Assembly (NCBI RefSeq): GCF_009914755.1
Contig: NC_060925.1
Length of the DNA: 64,000 nt
Direction: 5' to 3' (one strand)
Source: the human T2T-CHM13v2.0 reference genome, Homo sapiens
In this document: one piece after another, positions 14,145 to 26,885 of the stretch
How the letters are laid out: each line of letters begins with the position of its first letter
How positions within the stretch are numbered: position 1 is the first letter of the stretch
Notes under the pieces: model-generated
The model's input: only the letters and a program-made list of their open reading frames with translations
The model's database searches: none
Told to the model about the DNA's origin: nothing
Translations under genes and position numbers: made by a program

Positions 14145-15591
14145 CAAACTTTCAAAGACCAGATATTCTTCATTCTTTATTAATTGTTTAGAGAATCGAA
14201 AATAAATGAATGTTTTCTAAGTCTTTCTTGAAAGTAAGTACTACATTGACACCTGAATCTGAAAAGGCAAGTACCAAAATGAAATTACAGAACAATATCA
14301 CTTATAAACTTATAAATATTGAAGTAAAAGTGCTAAACAAATTATTCGTAAACTAACCAATACCGCAATAAGAAATCAATGCACCATGACCAAATGGTGT
14401 CTTTTTCCCAGGAATGCAAGGTTGGTTCAACATGAGGAAATCTATTAGTGTACTATATTAAGGTATCTAAGGAAAAACATAATGATTATCTCCATAAATA
14501 CTGAAAACCCTTTGAAAAAATTCAATATGCATTCCTGATATATCATTGAAGAAAATAGGAATAAATAGATGCTTTTTTAACCTGAAAAAATATTTGAATC
14601 CTAAAGTCAGGATGCTTGTTGATGGGAAAACACTAGAGGCATTTCCACTTAAAGACCAGGATCAAGGCAAGGATATTCATTATCTCTGCTACTATCCCAC
14701 AATTGTACTGGAGGTATTAGCAATTAGGTAAGATAAATCAGTTACTGGCATGAATATTAGAAAAGAAGAACCAGAACTATCTCAGTTTGCACATGATATG
14801 ATAGTATACTGGGATAACCCTAGAGAATCAATGATAAAAGTAAATTAAACAATAAAATCATTATGGTAGCAGGAAAAATTTAACATATAGAACTTATTAA
14901 CTTTCTTGTACATAAATAAGAACCACATAAATAACCAGTTTGAGGACGCAATAGCAACAAAGAAGATACTTAGGAATAAACTTAGAAAGATATGGGCAAA
15001 GCCTTGATAAGAAACATTTTTAAGCTCTTCTGAAAGATGTGAAAGTAGTCTTGAACAAATAGAAAGACATCCCTTGATTTTGGATGGATTGATTTAACAT
15101 CATAAAAAAGTTTGTCCCAAGTTAATTTATGAATTTAACATAATCCCAGAGAAAGTATCAGTAAGTTTTTTTATGGAGCTACACAACTGATACTTAAGTT
15201 CATATGAAAAGACAAACATGCAGTAACCACGATAACCCTGCAAATTAAGAACTACTGGGAGGAATAGCTCTACCAAACATTAAAATGAACTATAAAGCCT
15301 CTATAATTAAAACAGTATGGTGAAATTGATGCATGAATATTCAAAATAGCAGTAGAATTGAATAGAAAGTCTTGAAATAGACCCCAAGTTCATATGGAAA
15401 TTTAGTATATGACAAAGGTGGTATCTCAAATCACTGGAGCAGAGATTACCTTTTCAATACATTGTTCCGGGATGACCAGGCAGCCTTTGGAAGAAGATAA
15501 AATTAATGCATAAGTTCCAGTATACACAAGAAAAACTCCAAATGGATTGAGATCTAAATATAAAAGGTGAAATCATAAAAGTACTAGAAGT

Positions 15592-15846
15592 GGCTGGGCA
15601 CAGTGGCTCATGCCTGTAATCCTTGCACTTTGGGGGGCCAAGGCAGGTGGATTGCTTGAGCCCAGGAGTTCGAGACTAGCCTGGGCAACATGGCAAAACC
15701 CTGTCTCTACTAAAAATACAAAAACTAAGGTGGGAGGATCACCTGAGCCTGGGGAGGTCGAGGCTGCAGTGAACCGTGATCGTGCCACTGTACTCCGGCC
15801 TGGGTGACAGAGTGAACACCCCATCTCAGAAAAAAAAAAAAAAAAA
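15592..15846 (+). mobile_element. AluJ-like with internal deletion after the middle A-rich linker
   Basis: taaaaatacaaaaact joins directly to aaggtgggaggatcacctgagcc; TSD-like aaaagtactagaag / aaaacactagaag. Confidence 0.9.
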
Positions 15847-16335
15847 CACTAGAAGAAAACATGGGTGAGCTTTTCTGTAACATGGATGTAAGAAAAGGTT
15901 TTCTAACAATGACTCAAAATCCAGATGTAGTTAAAGAAAAGATTGACAAGTTTGATTACAAAAGTCCATGATAAGCACAGTCAAAATGCAAATGACTTTG
16001 TAGGAGAAGGTATTTGCAGCATATATCAGAAGTAAAGGGTTAATATCCCTGATATGTAAAGAGCTGTTATCATTGAGGAAGGGGTACTTGATAGAAAAAA
16101 TGGGCACAAGACATGAAAGATAATTCACATCAAGGATATACAAATGTCCTTTAAACAAACGAAAAGATGTTCAACATCACTCATAATTAGAGAAATGAAA
16201 ATGGCTTTGAGCTGTCATTTTTAATCTGTCAGATTGGCAAACATGAAAAAGCAAGGCTGTGAAGAGACAAGCAATCCCACACATTGCTGGGGGACTGCAA
16301 ATGGGCTTAGCCCTTTTCAAGGGAAGTGTGGCGAT

Positions 16336-16732
16336 TGTACTCGTCTGTTTTGCATTGCTATAAAGGAATACCTAAGGCTGGGTAATTTATAAAGAAAAGA
16401 GGTTTGTTTTGGCTCACAGTTCTGCAGGCTGTACAGGAAGCATGGTGTCAGCATCTGCTTCTGGTAAGACCTCAGGAAACTTTTAATCATGGTGGAAGGG
16501 AAGGGGACCTGGAGTGTCCGATGGTGAGAGAGGGAGCAAGAGAAAGAGGAGGAGGTGTCATGTACCTTTTAACAGCCAGCTCTTCTGTGACTTCGTTACT
16601 GAAGGGAGAGACCAAGCCTTTTTTGAGGGATCCCCCCCAATGACCCCAATAACTCCCATCAGGCCCCAACTGCAACTTGGGGACCATATTTCAACATGAG
16701 ATTTGGAGGGGACAGATATTCAAACCATATCA
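16336..16732 (-). mobile_element. MaLR solo LTR (MSTB-like)
   Basis: TG...CA termini (tgtactcgtc...aaaccatatca), MST body sequence; 5-bp TSD gcgat/gcaat. Confidence 0.92.
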
Positions 16733-17277
16733 GCAATATCTATCATAACTGCTTATACATTTACATTTTGACCCAGAAATCCCACTTCTGGGAATTCACC
16801 CTTGAAGATATACCTCAAAAGTATGAACATCCCCACCCACAAGGTTATCCACTGCAGCATTACTTGCAATTCCAAAATATTGGGAACAACCTGAATGTCC
16901 AAACACAGTGGGGTGGTTGAATAAGTGCTGGTGCATAATGCATAGTACATGGCACAGTGGATACTATGCAACTGTGAAAAAGAAAGAGGATGGTTTCTAT
17001 GAACTGGCATGGGGTGTATCCCAGGATACACTAGTACATGACAAAGGCAAAGAGCGGAAGAGCATCTGTGGGTGGGAGTAGGGACTGAAGGCAGGTGAGC
17101 ATGAGGACAGTTCTTGGTGTAATGCTGGTGAGAGTTGCACACTCTATGCTTTCTTAAATCTCATCAGACTGTACACCTATAGTGAGTAAATTTATGATAT
17201 GAAAATTGTACCTAAACAGAGCTGTTAAAAGGACATCTTTATTATGCCACTGTTTCATATTAAAGAAAGTAAAATAA

Positions 17278-17867
17278 CTTTATCTGCAGTAGCCAAGATT
17301 TGGAAGCAACCTAAGTGTCCACCAACAGATGAATGAATAAAGAAAACATGGTACATCTACACAATGGCGCACTATTCAGCCATAAGAAGAGTGAGATCCT
17401 GTCATTTGCAACAACATGGATGGAACTGGAGGCCATTGTGTTAAGTGAAATAAGCCCGGCACGGAAAGACAAACTTTTCATGTTCTTGCTTATTCATGGG
17501 AACTCAAAATTAAACAATTGAACGCATGGAGATAGAAGGAGGATGGTTACCAGAAACTGGGAAGGGTAGTAGGGGCAGTGGGGATGGTTAATGGCTATAA
17601 AAAAATAGTTGGAAAGAATGAATGAGACCTAGTATTTGCTAACACAATAGGGTGTCTATAGTCAATAATAATTTAATTGTAATTTAGAATTAACTAAAAG
17701 AGTATAATTGGATTGTTTGTAACAAAGGATAAATGCTTGAGGTGATGGACACACCATTTATCCTGATGTGATTTTTACACATTGCATGCCTGTATCAAAA
17801 TGTCTTTGTACCCCATGCATATATACCTACTATGTACCCACAAAAATTAAAAATTAAAAAAAGTAAA
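17278..17867 (+). mobile_element. L1MA-type 5'-truncated 3' end
   Basis: agccaagatttggaagcaacctaagtgtcc...tatgtacccacaaaaattaaaaatt; TSD aaagtaaaataa 17266-17277 / 17868-17879. Confidence 0.9.
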
Positions 17868-19649
17868 AAAGTAAAATAAGAAAACATACACAGATCTGTG
17901 TAGTTTAGTAAAAAAGAAATATAGGAAAGGTGAGTTAGAATCTAATGAGATTGATTACTGATGGGGTTGTTGGGACCAGGGTTGAAAGGATGGGAGGATG
18001 GGAAGGAGACAGGAGACAGAAAGTTAGATTTCTCTGAGTATATCTGTTTATATGCTTTTGACATTAATAATCTTGTCAATATTTCAAACTAAAAACATCA
18101 TGGGCTAGAGACGAAGCCTAATGTGGAATAAAAACAGAAACAAACGAAAGCAGCCGTATTTCAAATGGATAAAAAGCCATGCTGAAAGTTGGGGGCAGCT
18201 CCCCAAGTAACTTTTGGGCTCTGTATTTTGGCCATGTACCACCAGTCTAATAAGAGGAAACAACTGTAAAAGAAAAATATATGGCTACTGTAGTAGGGTT
18301 TGTTTTTTCAAGTGATGTGGATTAGCAGTTCTGAAATGATTTATATTCAAGATTGAAGAAATATGTAAATGTATTATAAGTAATGGGAGCCATTTTTTCC
18401 TCTCAATCAGTGAAGGGAGTTACACATATGGAAAGGTATAGAAGGCTAGAATTAGTCCTGTGGTGTTGGGTTGGAATTTGAGGTATCAGTATGAACACAT
18501 ATATACACACAGAGAGAGTTCTAGAAATATAAATGCATGTATTAATGTAGCAGTCTGCTAAGATAGCCTAGAGGCAATGATGTCTCAGTAGTAAACCTAC
18601 CACCCTGATTTTTTTCTTAAATAACTTCTCCACTAAAAGGTAGCAGGGTGATATGGTTAATTCTAGGGTTAGGGCAGAGACAGTACAAATGAGCCTGGAA
18701 AAATTTTGACCAGAAAGTAAGGGAGAGCTGACACACTCATGGAGATGTGGTAAAAGACACAGAGCCAGGCAACTACTGGTCAGAGCTGTAATAATTGAGC
18801 GTCAAAATTAATATAAATAAGTGAAAAAGAAGGAATAGTGTTTCTTATAGTAGATTGAAAATGTAGAAGGAATTTACATAGTCCTGACATATCTCCCCAC
18901 AAAGTTCTTACTAATTTCAAAGGGGGAATTACAATTTTACATTGAAGAAATATAGCAGACACTACCTGAATCAAGTGATCAAAAGTAACATCGTGAAATC
19001 GGGACAAACACACAGCTGTGGCTCTGGTTTGAAGAATGAAGGACCTGACATCGTTTCTGTGATATTCCTGCCCAAAATGTACAACCTGAACCTAATTATG
19101 AGGAAACATTTGACAAACCTAAACTGAGTGATGTCTACAAAATAATTGGCCTGTACTCCAAGAAAAATGTCAAGGTCATGGAAGAACTGTTCCACATTAA
19201 AGGAAACTAAAGAGATACAAAAACTGGATGTTCGCGTAATGCTGGATCGGATCCCGGACCACGCGAGTTTGTGTTCTTTTCTTTAGCTCTCAAGGGCTTT
19301 ATAGGACGCTTGGTGAAATTTGAAGGTCTGTGGATTAGATAATATGTTTTATGTCAGTGTTAATGTTCTGATTTTTAGGGAATACACAGTGAAGAGGTAC
19401 AGGGGCATCGTGGCTTTGCCTTACTCTAAAACAGTTCAGAAAACAATGTGTATGTGGGGATATATTTGTGTGCATGTCTGTAGGTAGAGAGGGAGAGCAA
19501 AAGAGCAAAAGAGAGAGAGGGAAGGAAGGGTAAAGAAAGCAAATGAGATAAAGACATTTGGGGAATCTGGGTGAAGGATATACAAAAATTGTACTATTTT
19601 TGCCAATTTTCTGTGTCTTGAAGTGTTTCAAAATAAAAATCTATTAAAA

Positions 19650-19972
19650 AGTGGGCTAGTATAATATCTTTCTTAGTAGTGTTAAGGATTAAATGAGATA
19701 ATACCTACAGGTGCTAGTGCTGGGACCTGGACATAGGAATTACCAAAGAAATGATAGCTTTGATGATCAGGAGTGATGGCCTTGAGGGTATGTGTGATGC
19801 TGGCTCTGAGTTGATCTGTTGGAGATGTCCCTTTCTTATTGGGGGATGACAGATGGCAGCCTCCTTTATGGCAAAAGCCCTGATCTGAGAATCTGGTGAC
19901 CTGGGTTCCCATCAGCTCTGACACCCACCTGCTATGTGACTGCAAGTTGGCAGTCATTCAAGTTTCATTTTG
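19650..19972 (+). mobile_element. Two MIR fragments
   Basis: gttaaggattaaatgagataat (~19680-19740) and gacctgggttcccatcagctctgacacccacctgctatgtgac (~19895-19970). Confidence 0.6.
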
Positions 19973-20024
19973 CCGGGGCTGGTTGGGGGGAGGGTACATT
20001 TTCTTAGGCTTACTTTAGAATGAG

Positions 20025-20190
20025 TTTTATTCATTCATTATTTAATTTATTCACGCATTAACATCTTTATTGAAAACTATGTGCCAGGCACTATTCCTTG
20101 CAATAAGCCAGGTCCACGGAGAATGAATGCTGTAGTTTAGGGGAGAGAAATATACACCACGCTGGCAGTGTAGAGAAACGTGCACAACCA
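20025..20190 (-). mobile_element. L2 3' end relic
   Basis: tcattcatt...aacatctttattgaaaactatgtgccaggcactatt. Confidence 0.65.
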
Positions 20191-21227
20191 GGTAAATATT
20201 TCCTGGTGAGGTGCAGTTCAGGAGTCTTCCCGGCGGGGGCGTGAAAATCAGTCTCCCTAGTGGGGTGTAATTGAGGAGTGTTCTGGTGGGTAAAATTCAG
20301 AGTCTTCTTAGTAGGGGGTAATTCAGAGTCTCCCTGGGAAGTCAGTGCTCACTTGGTCTGGGAGAAGGGCTGGAGGTGCTCACCTGTGATGGGGGGAATA
20401 TAGGATGGGCAGTGAAGCCATGCTGGTCACTGTCCTGACAGTATGAGAGAGTGGCTGGGGCACAGGGCAGGGTGGGTGCGGGGGCATTTGAACCAAGATT
20501 GAAAATGACTCCAGGTTTGCAGAGAGGAATATGGGCTCAGGAAGCAGTCCCAGACTCAAGAATCCTGACCAGTGCCAGCCTGCAGAGTTTTTACTGGTCT
20601 ATGGCAAGATATGGGAAATGAAGACAGTGGTGGTGTCTGCATACTCACTGGGAAGGATTGCCAACTGCTGTTTCTCGGAAAGAACTACTTTTATGCCCAA
20701 GCTCATTTTTTAACATAAAATACACATTCTTTTATGAAATTATATTGAAAGCAGATGGTGATTTTTTTTAACGTCGTTACTTAACAAAATAAAAAGTTGT
20801 CAATCCTATATTTGTCTCCCCATTAAATTTTTAAAAACTGGATCATAAAATCTAAACAGCTGGGAACTTAAGCATTCTAGACTTCCTGAATGAAGTTTCA
20901 TGGTAATTTCTGGTTTTAAAAGATGTATTTTAAAAAATGAATATAATATTTTTAACATACATGAAATTATAGAGAATAAGAGGCACATCAGTTCACCTGC
21001 CCTCTGGATTTCAGAAAAGCCCATACTTCCTGGCACCAACCTTCATTATCTTTGCATTTTCATTTTCACTGATGATTTGTTTACCCACCCTTTCCCCCTC
21101 CATCCCATTAGAGTGGGACCTGGCTTGAGGCCAGGGTCTGTATTTGCATGCAGTTATTTTGATAGAACTCTTTTGGAGCTCCTTCTTGGAGACAGCTCTT
21201 TTGATGCAGGAACATTGGGATGGGCCC

Positions 21228-21597
21228 TGTATTAGTCTGTTATCACACTGCTATAAAGAAATACCCAAGACTGGGTAATTTACAAAGGAAAGAAGTTTAA
21301 TTAACTCACAGTTCTGCATGGCTGGGGAGGCCTCAGGAAACTTACAATCATGGTGGAAGCTAAGGGGAAACAGGCACCTTCTTCACAAGGTGGCAGGAGA
21401 GAGAAGTGGGCAAGAGGGGAACTACCAAACACATAAAACCATCAAATCTCACGAGAACTCACTCATTATCCTGACAACAGCATGGTGGGGGGAACTGCCC
21501 CCATGATCCAATCACCTCCCACCAGTCTCTCCCACAACACCTGAGGATTACAATTCAAGATGAGATTTGGGTGGGGACAGAAAGCCTAACCATATCA
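21228..21597 (-). mobile_element. MaLR solo LTR (THE1D/MSTA-like)
   Basis: tgtattagtc...aaccatatca termini; identical gggccc on both flanks (21222-21227, 21598-21603). Confidence 0.95.
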
Positions 21598-21619
21598 GGG
21601 CCCAAACAAACCATTAAAC

Positions 21620-22353
21620 TTTTAAAAGGAAATTGTGGTGAAATGCACCTAACATAACATTTACCACTTTAACCATTTTCCACTGTACCATTCAGTGACA
21701 TTAAGTATGCTCATATTGTTGTTCGACCATAACTACTATTATTCTGCAGAACTTTTTTGACTTTCCAAACTGAAACTCTGTACCCATTAAACAGTAACTC
21801 CCTCCCTCTCCCCTAACCCTGGTAACTGTTGTTACACTTTCTGTCTGTATGGATTTGACTACTCCAGGGACCTCATACAAGTACCAATACATACAAGTAT
21901 TTGTCCTTTTGTGGCAGACATATTTCACTTAGCTTGTCATCTTCAGGGTTCATCCATGTTGTAGCAGGTATGAAACTATCCTTCCTTTTTAAGGCTAAAT
22001 AATATTCCACTGTATTCCATATTTTGTGTAGCTGCTCATCTGTCAATGGAAATCTGAGTTGTTCTCTACCTTTTGGCTATGTGAACAATCCTGCTATGAA
22101 CATAGGTGTACACATGTTTGTTCAGTTCTCTGATTTAATTTCTTTGGGGTATATATCCAAAAGTGGAATGGCTGGACCATGTGGCAACTCTGTGCTTAAT
22201 TTTTTGTGGAACCATTATACCATTTTCCATAGCAGCAGCACCATTGTACCTTCTCACCAGCAATGCACAAGAGTTCCAATTTTTCCACATCCTCACCAAC
22301 TCTTGTTTTTTGTTTTTTAATAATAGCCATGCTAGTAAGTGTGAAGTGGTATC
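21620..22353 (-). mobile_element. L1MB-type 3' end
   Basis: aacataacatttaccactttaaccatttt...ccaaactgaaactctgtacccattaaaca...taatagccatgctagtaagtgtgaagtggtatc. Confidence 0.88.
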
Positions 22354-22479
22354 AAACCATCACACTTTAAGCTTCACATTTTTGTCAACAGGTAATATAC
22401 AAAGCTGGTGTCTGTTCTCTATCCTGAATCCCATCCTCTCTTTGGCTTCATGCTCTCCTTCAGCCTCAATTATTGTTTC

Positions 22480-24005
22480 CTGTGCACAAAGTTGTACATA
22501 AAATACTTTCTGTGTGGTTTCTAACAGGGAAACACTGTAGAAAGCCTAAATGTCCATCAGAAAAACCAAGGTTAAATAATGTATGCCACACAGAGATTGG
22601 AAAATACCATGCAGCAATGAACAAGAATGAGCTATATCTGTAAGTGCTGGCATTGAGTGAGGTCCATGACATATTGCTAAGTGAAAAAAATCAAGCCATA
22701 CAAGAGCACATTAAAAACTACACGTCTGAATATCCAGAAACTACAGTGAACTCAAACAAATTAGCAAGAAGAAAACAAACAATCCCATCAGAAAGTAGGC
22801 TAAGGACATGAATAGAGAGTTCTCAAAAGAATATATAGAAATGGCCAACAAACATATGAAAAAATGCTCAGCATCACTAATGATCAGGGAAATGCAAATC
22901 AAAACCACACTGTGATACCACTTTACTTCTGCAAGAATGGTCATAATCAAAAAAATCAAACAATAATAGATGTTGGCGTGGATGCAGTGAAAACGGAACA
23001 CATCTGCACTGCTGGTGGGAATGTAAACTAGTACAACCACTATGGAAAGCAGTGTGGAGATTCCTCAAAGAACTAAAAGTAGAACTACCATTTGATCCAG
23101 CAGTCCCACTACTGGGTATCTACCCAGAGGAAAGGAAGTCATTGTACAAAAACTTTCACACTCATGTTTATAGCAGCACAATTTGCAAATGCAAAAAGGT
23201 GGAACCAACCCAAATGTCCATCAGTCAACGAGTGGATAAAGAAACTGTGGTGTGTATGTATTTTGGCACCATCTTTTTACACCTAGTAAGAAGGAATGAA
23301 TTAATGGCATTTGCAGTAACCTGGAGGGGATTGGAGATTATTTTTCTAAGTGAAGTAACTCAGGAATGGAAAACAAACATCGTATGTTCTCACTGATGAG
23401 TGGGAGCTAAGCTATGAGGATGCAAAGGCATAAGGATGACACAGTGGATTTTGCGGACTCGGGGGAAAGGGTGAGAAGGGGTGAGGGATGAAAGACTACA
23501 AATTGGGTTCAGTGTATACTGCCTGGGAGATGGGTGCCCCAAAATCTCACAAATCATCACTAAAGAACTTACTCACGTAACCAAATACCACCTGTTCCCC
23601 CAAAACCTATGGAAATAAAAAATTTTTTAAAAATCAAGCCACAAAAGAGCACATTAAAAACTACACATATGAATAGATATATGTCTATGTACACATATCT
23701 CTGTATGTGTAATACATGTGTGTATTACACGTAGCATATATAATGATGTACTATATGTAAATGATTCTTATACGTGTGTAGAAAATAATCATGACGTAAC
23801 ATAAATGTACATATAACTTTTTTAAACACACAGAAAGCTCTGGAAAAATAGGCAGAGTTAGTTGACTGTGATTACTTCTGAAAAAGAGACTGAGGTGAGT
23901 AGCGGAGGGGAATTTCAATTTTTACTTGTTATGCTTCCAACTGTTTGAGTGTTGTTCCTTTTTTAACAAGAAGTATATTACTTTTGTAATTTAAAAAAAT
24001 AGAAA
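22480..24005 (+). mobile_element. L1ME-type 3' relic split by the L1PB insertion
   Basis: aaagcctaaatgtccatcag...gacatattgctaagtgaaaaaaatcaag on the left; ...tattacttttgtaatttaaaaaaa on the right. Confidence 0.6.
22733..23628 (+). mobile_element. L1PB 5'-truncated element (~0.9 kb, ORF2 C-terminus plus 3'UTR)
   Basis: ORF 23052-23396 [24 protein letters not shown] is an ORF2p C-terminal remnant; L1PB 3'UTR (aaatcatcactaaagaacttactc...ggaaataaaa); 47-bp flanking direct repeat. Confidence 0.95.
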
Positions 24006-24109
24006 AAAACAAATATAGTAAGCCCAGCCTGCAAGTCATAAAACACAAATCCTCAATCATGGGGCCACACATGTTTTAGGTGCACGTAATGGTAATGCAT
24101 TATTCTAAT

Positions 24110-24265
24110 GCGTACTGGGAGGCAGACTCCATTCTAAGCACTTGAAATAACCTAGTTTCCCAGAAAACTACACTATGAAGGAGGTTATCCATGTTTTACA
24201 CATAAGGATATAAGCTCAGAGAGGTGAAGTTACCCACCTAAAGTCACACAGCTAGTGAATGGTGT
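24110..24265 (-). mobile_element. MIR
   Basis: ttttacacataaggatataagctcagagaggtgaagttacccacctaaagtcacacagctagtgaatgg is the antisense MIR core. Confidence 0.8.
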
Positions 24266-25999
24266 GTAATTAGTGCTTTAATGGTGAGACTTCTTTCTTC
24301 CAGACAGGTACACTGGTAATTTTTTAGAACATGGATTTTAACTTCTGATTTATTTATTTTTTTACATACTGAGATAGTGCAGGTTGTGTTTGTAAGATTC
24401 AAGGACCATTAGGGTCTCGCATTTTGTTTGTTTGGCTTTATTTGAACACAGCTCTGATTATAAGAGCCCTTGGGCATGGGAAGAGTGCCAGGAGCTTGTC
24501 AGCCATCTCTATCAGAAATAAATGGTGCTGTGTTTCTTTTTAAATAAAGAGAATTACTGGGTAGGACACCCCATAGCTTTGTTCTGAATTCTAGATGTAA
24601 ATGGAGACTTCATAGTTTATCCTAAAGTTGCTGTTGAATTCTCTAATTCTGGATATAAGCGTTCTATTGATTTCCCTCTGCACATGCACCATGCATGAAT
24701 TGCTCCTAGAAGGCTGAGTGGCGGACATGGTATGCCACCTTGCACCATATTATCAATAGTGTTGCGTTTTCAAGAAGCGTTGTTTAGTTCCTTTACAAAT
24801 CATCCTTTTCTTTAAATTAGCTCTCTTGGGTGGCACCATCTTTTTTACACCTAAATGAACAGATTTCACAACAAAGATTTCTAAGTGCATCATTTTGTTA
24901 AACTCTTAAAACTGTTAAATTAATAAAATCAGCTTAACAGAACCCTGATTAGTTCAAAATTGCTTTAAATTTGGTCATTAAGTTTCAGGGAACATGTAAT
25001 TTTCTCCACATCTGGTACAGCTGCAAGGCGTGAGGGATGAGGACACAGTGCTGTAACAAATACAGAGGATGGGGAAGAAACGCTTTGTCATCGACAGTTT
25101 CTGCACTGCTGGTTTGCAGTCCCCAGGAATAAGCTTCCTGAGGAGACATTAGGCCTTGTGTTATTTCTCTAAGAACGTCCCCTTCCTGCAGCGAGAAGGC
25201 CAATGCAGAACCGCTGGGCATCAAGAGATCTGGGTTCACTTTTTGAGAACCCTGGGAACTCACTGTGTCACTAGACACACATTCCTCTCTCTGTGCCTCA
25301 ACATCCCATCTGGGAAATGGGCTGATGTTCTTGAGATCCTCTTCCATTAGCTTGTTGGGGGCTGGGACTGGTGGGGGAATAGTGTCATCTTTTGCTAGGA
25401 GCTATTGGACACATCTGAGATGCATTATTTGGATAATCGCATGTCAAGATGCATTTGTCTGTCTTCTTGGCTACAATGCTCCTGGTTCTGGCTCTTCTGG
25501 TTGGGACTCCAGGATCAGGTCTGTGAGATGCTGACACTGATGTCGCTTGCGTGGTAGCAGCCAGCCTCTTCCTCTGCATCTTTCTCCACTTTGGGGTCAA
25601 GGTTTGACAAGCTCCTCAGCTGACTTGGTGTGCTATGGTGTCTGACCTGGCTGAAAGCCATGACGCTTGGCCTTTGGTTGGGATAGCACCACTTGATTCA
25701 TCACTGGCAGCTGCGGAGGGGCAGAGCGGAGGGAACATGTCAGTACTTTATGGGCAATCCCAATGTGAGAAGGGACTGAGGCCGGATAGCCCAGTGGTGG
25801 AAATCCCGTCATTGTAGAAGGGAGGGCCTGGGATCTCAAATCTGGGAATTTTTGAGTTAGATCTAGAACCTGAGGCTGGAGGCAAGTTGGATGGAACTGT
25901 CTGTGCTTGTGGCCGCTGCTAGCCATTGAGCCGAGTGCCACCTGCAGGAGCAGTGATGATGGGGGTCAGGCCCAGCCCCTGAGTGCACGCTGCCCGCCA

Positions 26000-26142
26000 G
26001 TGTGTGCTGGGCATCACGGCCCCCTCACAACCCTGCAAGGTAAGACGTGTGACTCCCATTTAACAGATGAAGGAGCGAGCCTAGTGGGATTATGTAGGTT
26101 ACATTGTGAGTCAATGACAGGGTTAGGATCTGAACCCAGGAG
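26000..26142 (-). mobile_element. MIR
   Basis: ctcacaaccctgcaaggtaag...cccatttaacagatgaagg...ggatctgaacccagg. Confidence 0.7.
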
Positions 26143-26397
26143 TGAGGAGTGAATGCAGCGTCACCGGAAGGAAAAGGAAAGAAGGAGAACTGGAGGATGA
26201 TCTGTCTCAGGCAAGCTTTAGTCTGAGGTTCTAAGTCATGCTGTGAAGGTCTCTGCAGAGTCACTCCTTGGCTTCATTATGCAGAGAGCTTGTAGCCAGG
26301 TGGCACTGGGCAGGGGCTCATCCCAGGTGCCTAAACCCCACATGCATCAAAACTTAGAGGAGACCAGCGTCTTCTGCTGGTCCTTTAAAAATAGTCA

Positions 26398-26699
<302 letters not shown>

Positions 26700-26808
26700 G
26701 TCATTTGCTCTGTAGTGTCAGTTTCCAAGTCCCAAGTCTCCCATGAAAGCCAAATGCCTTCTGATATTGATGGTACTTCAGCAGGTGACTGCAGCCCAAT
26801 TGTATCGG

Positions 26809-26885
26809 ATGTTTCTGATGACAGCAGATAAGTGCCAGTGAACAGCTAAAGTTCAGTGGCACTTACCTGCTGTCATCAGAAACAT
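26809..26885. repeat. Near-perfect inverted repeat, 35-bp arms and 7-nt loop (pre-miRNA-like hairpin or cruciform)
   Basis: atgtttctgatgacagcagataagtgccagtgaac-agctaaa-gttcagtggcacttacctgctgtcatcagaaacat; 33/35 Watson-Crick pairs. Confidence 0.95.

Noticed and set aside
26809-26885. MADE1/Tigger/hAT-type MITE as the origin of the hairpin
   Set aside because: Arms do not resemble MADE1 or other terminal repeats I recall, and there is no TA or 8-bp TSD; a Dfam search is still needed.
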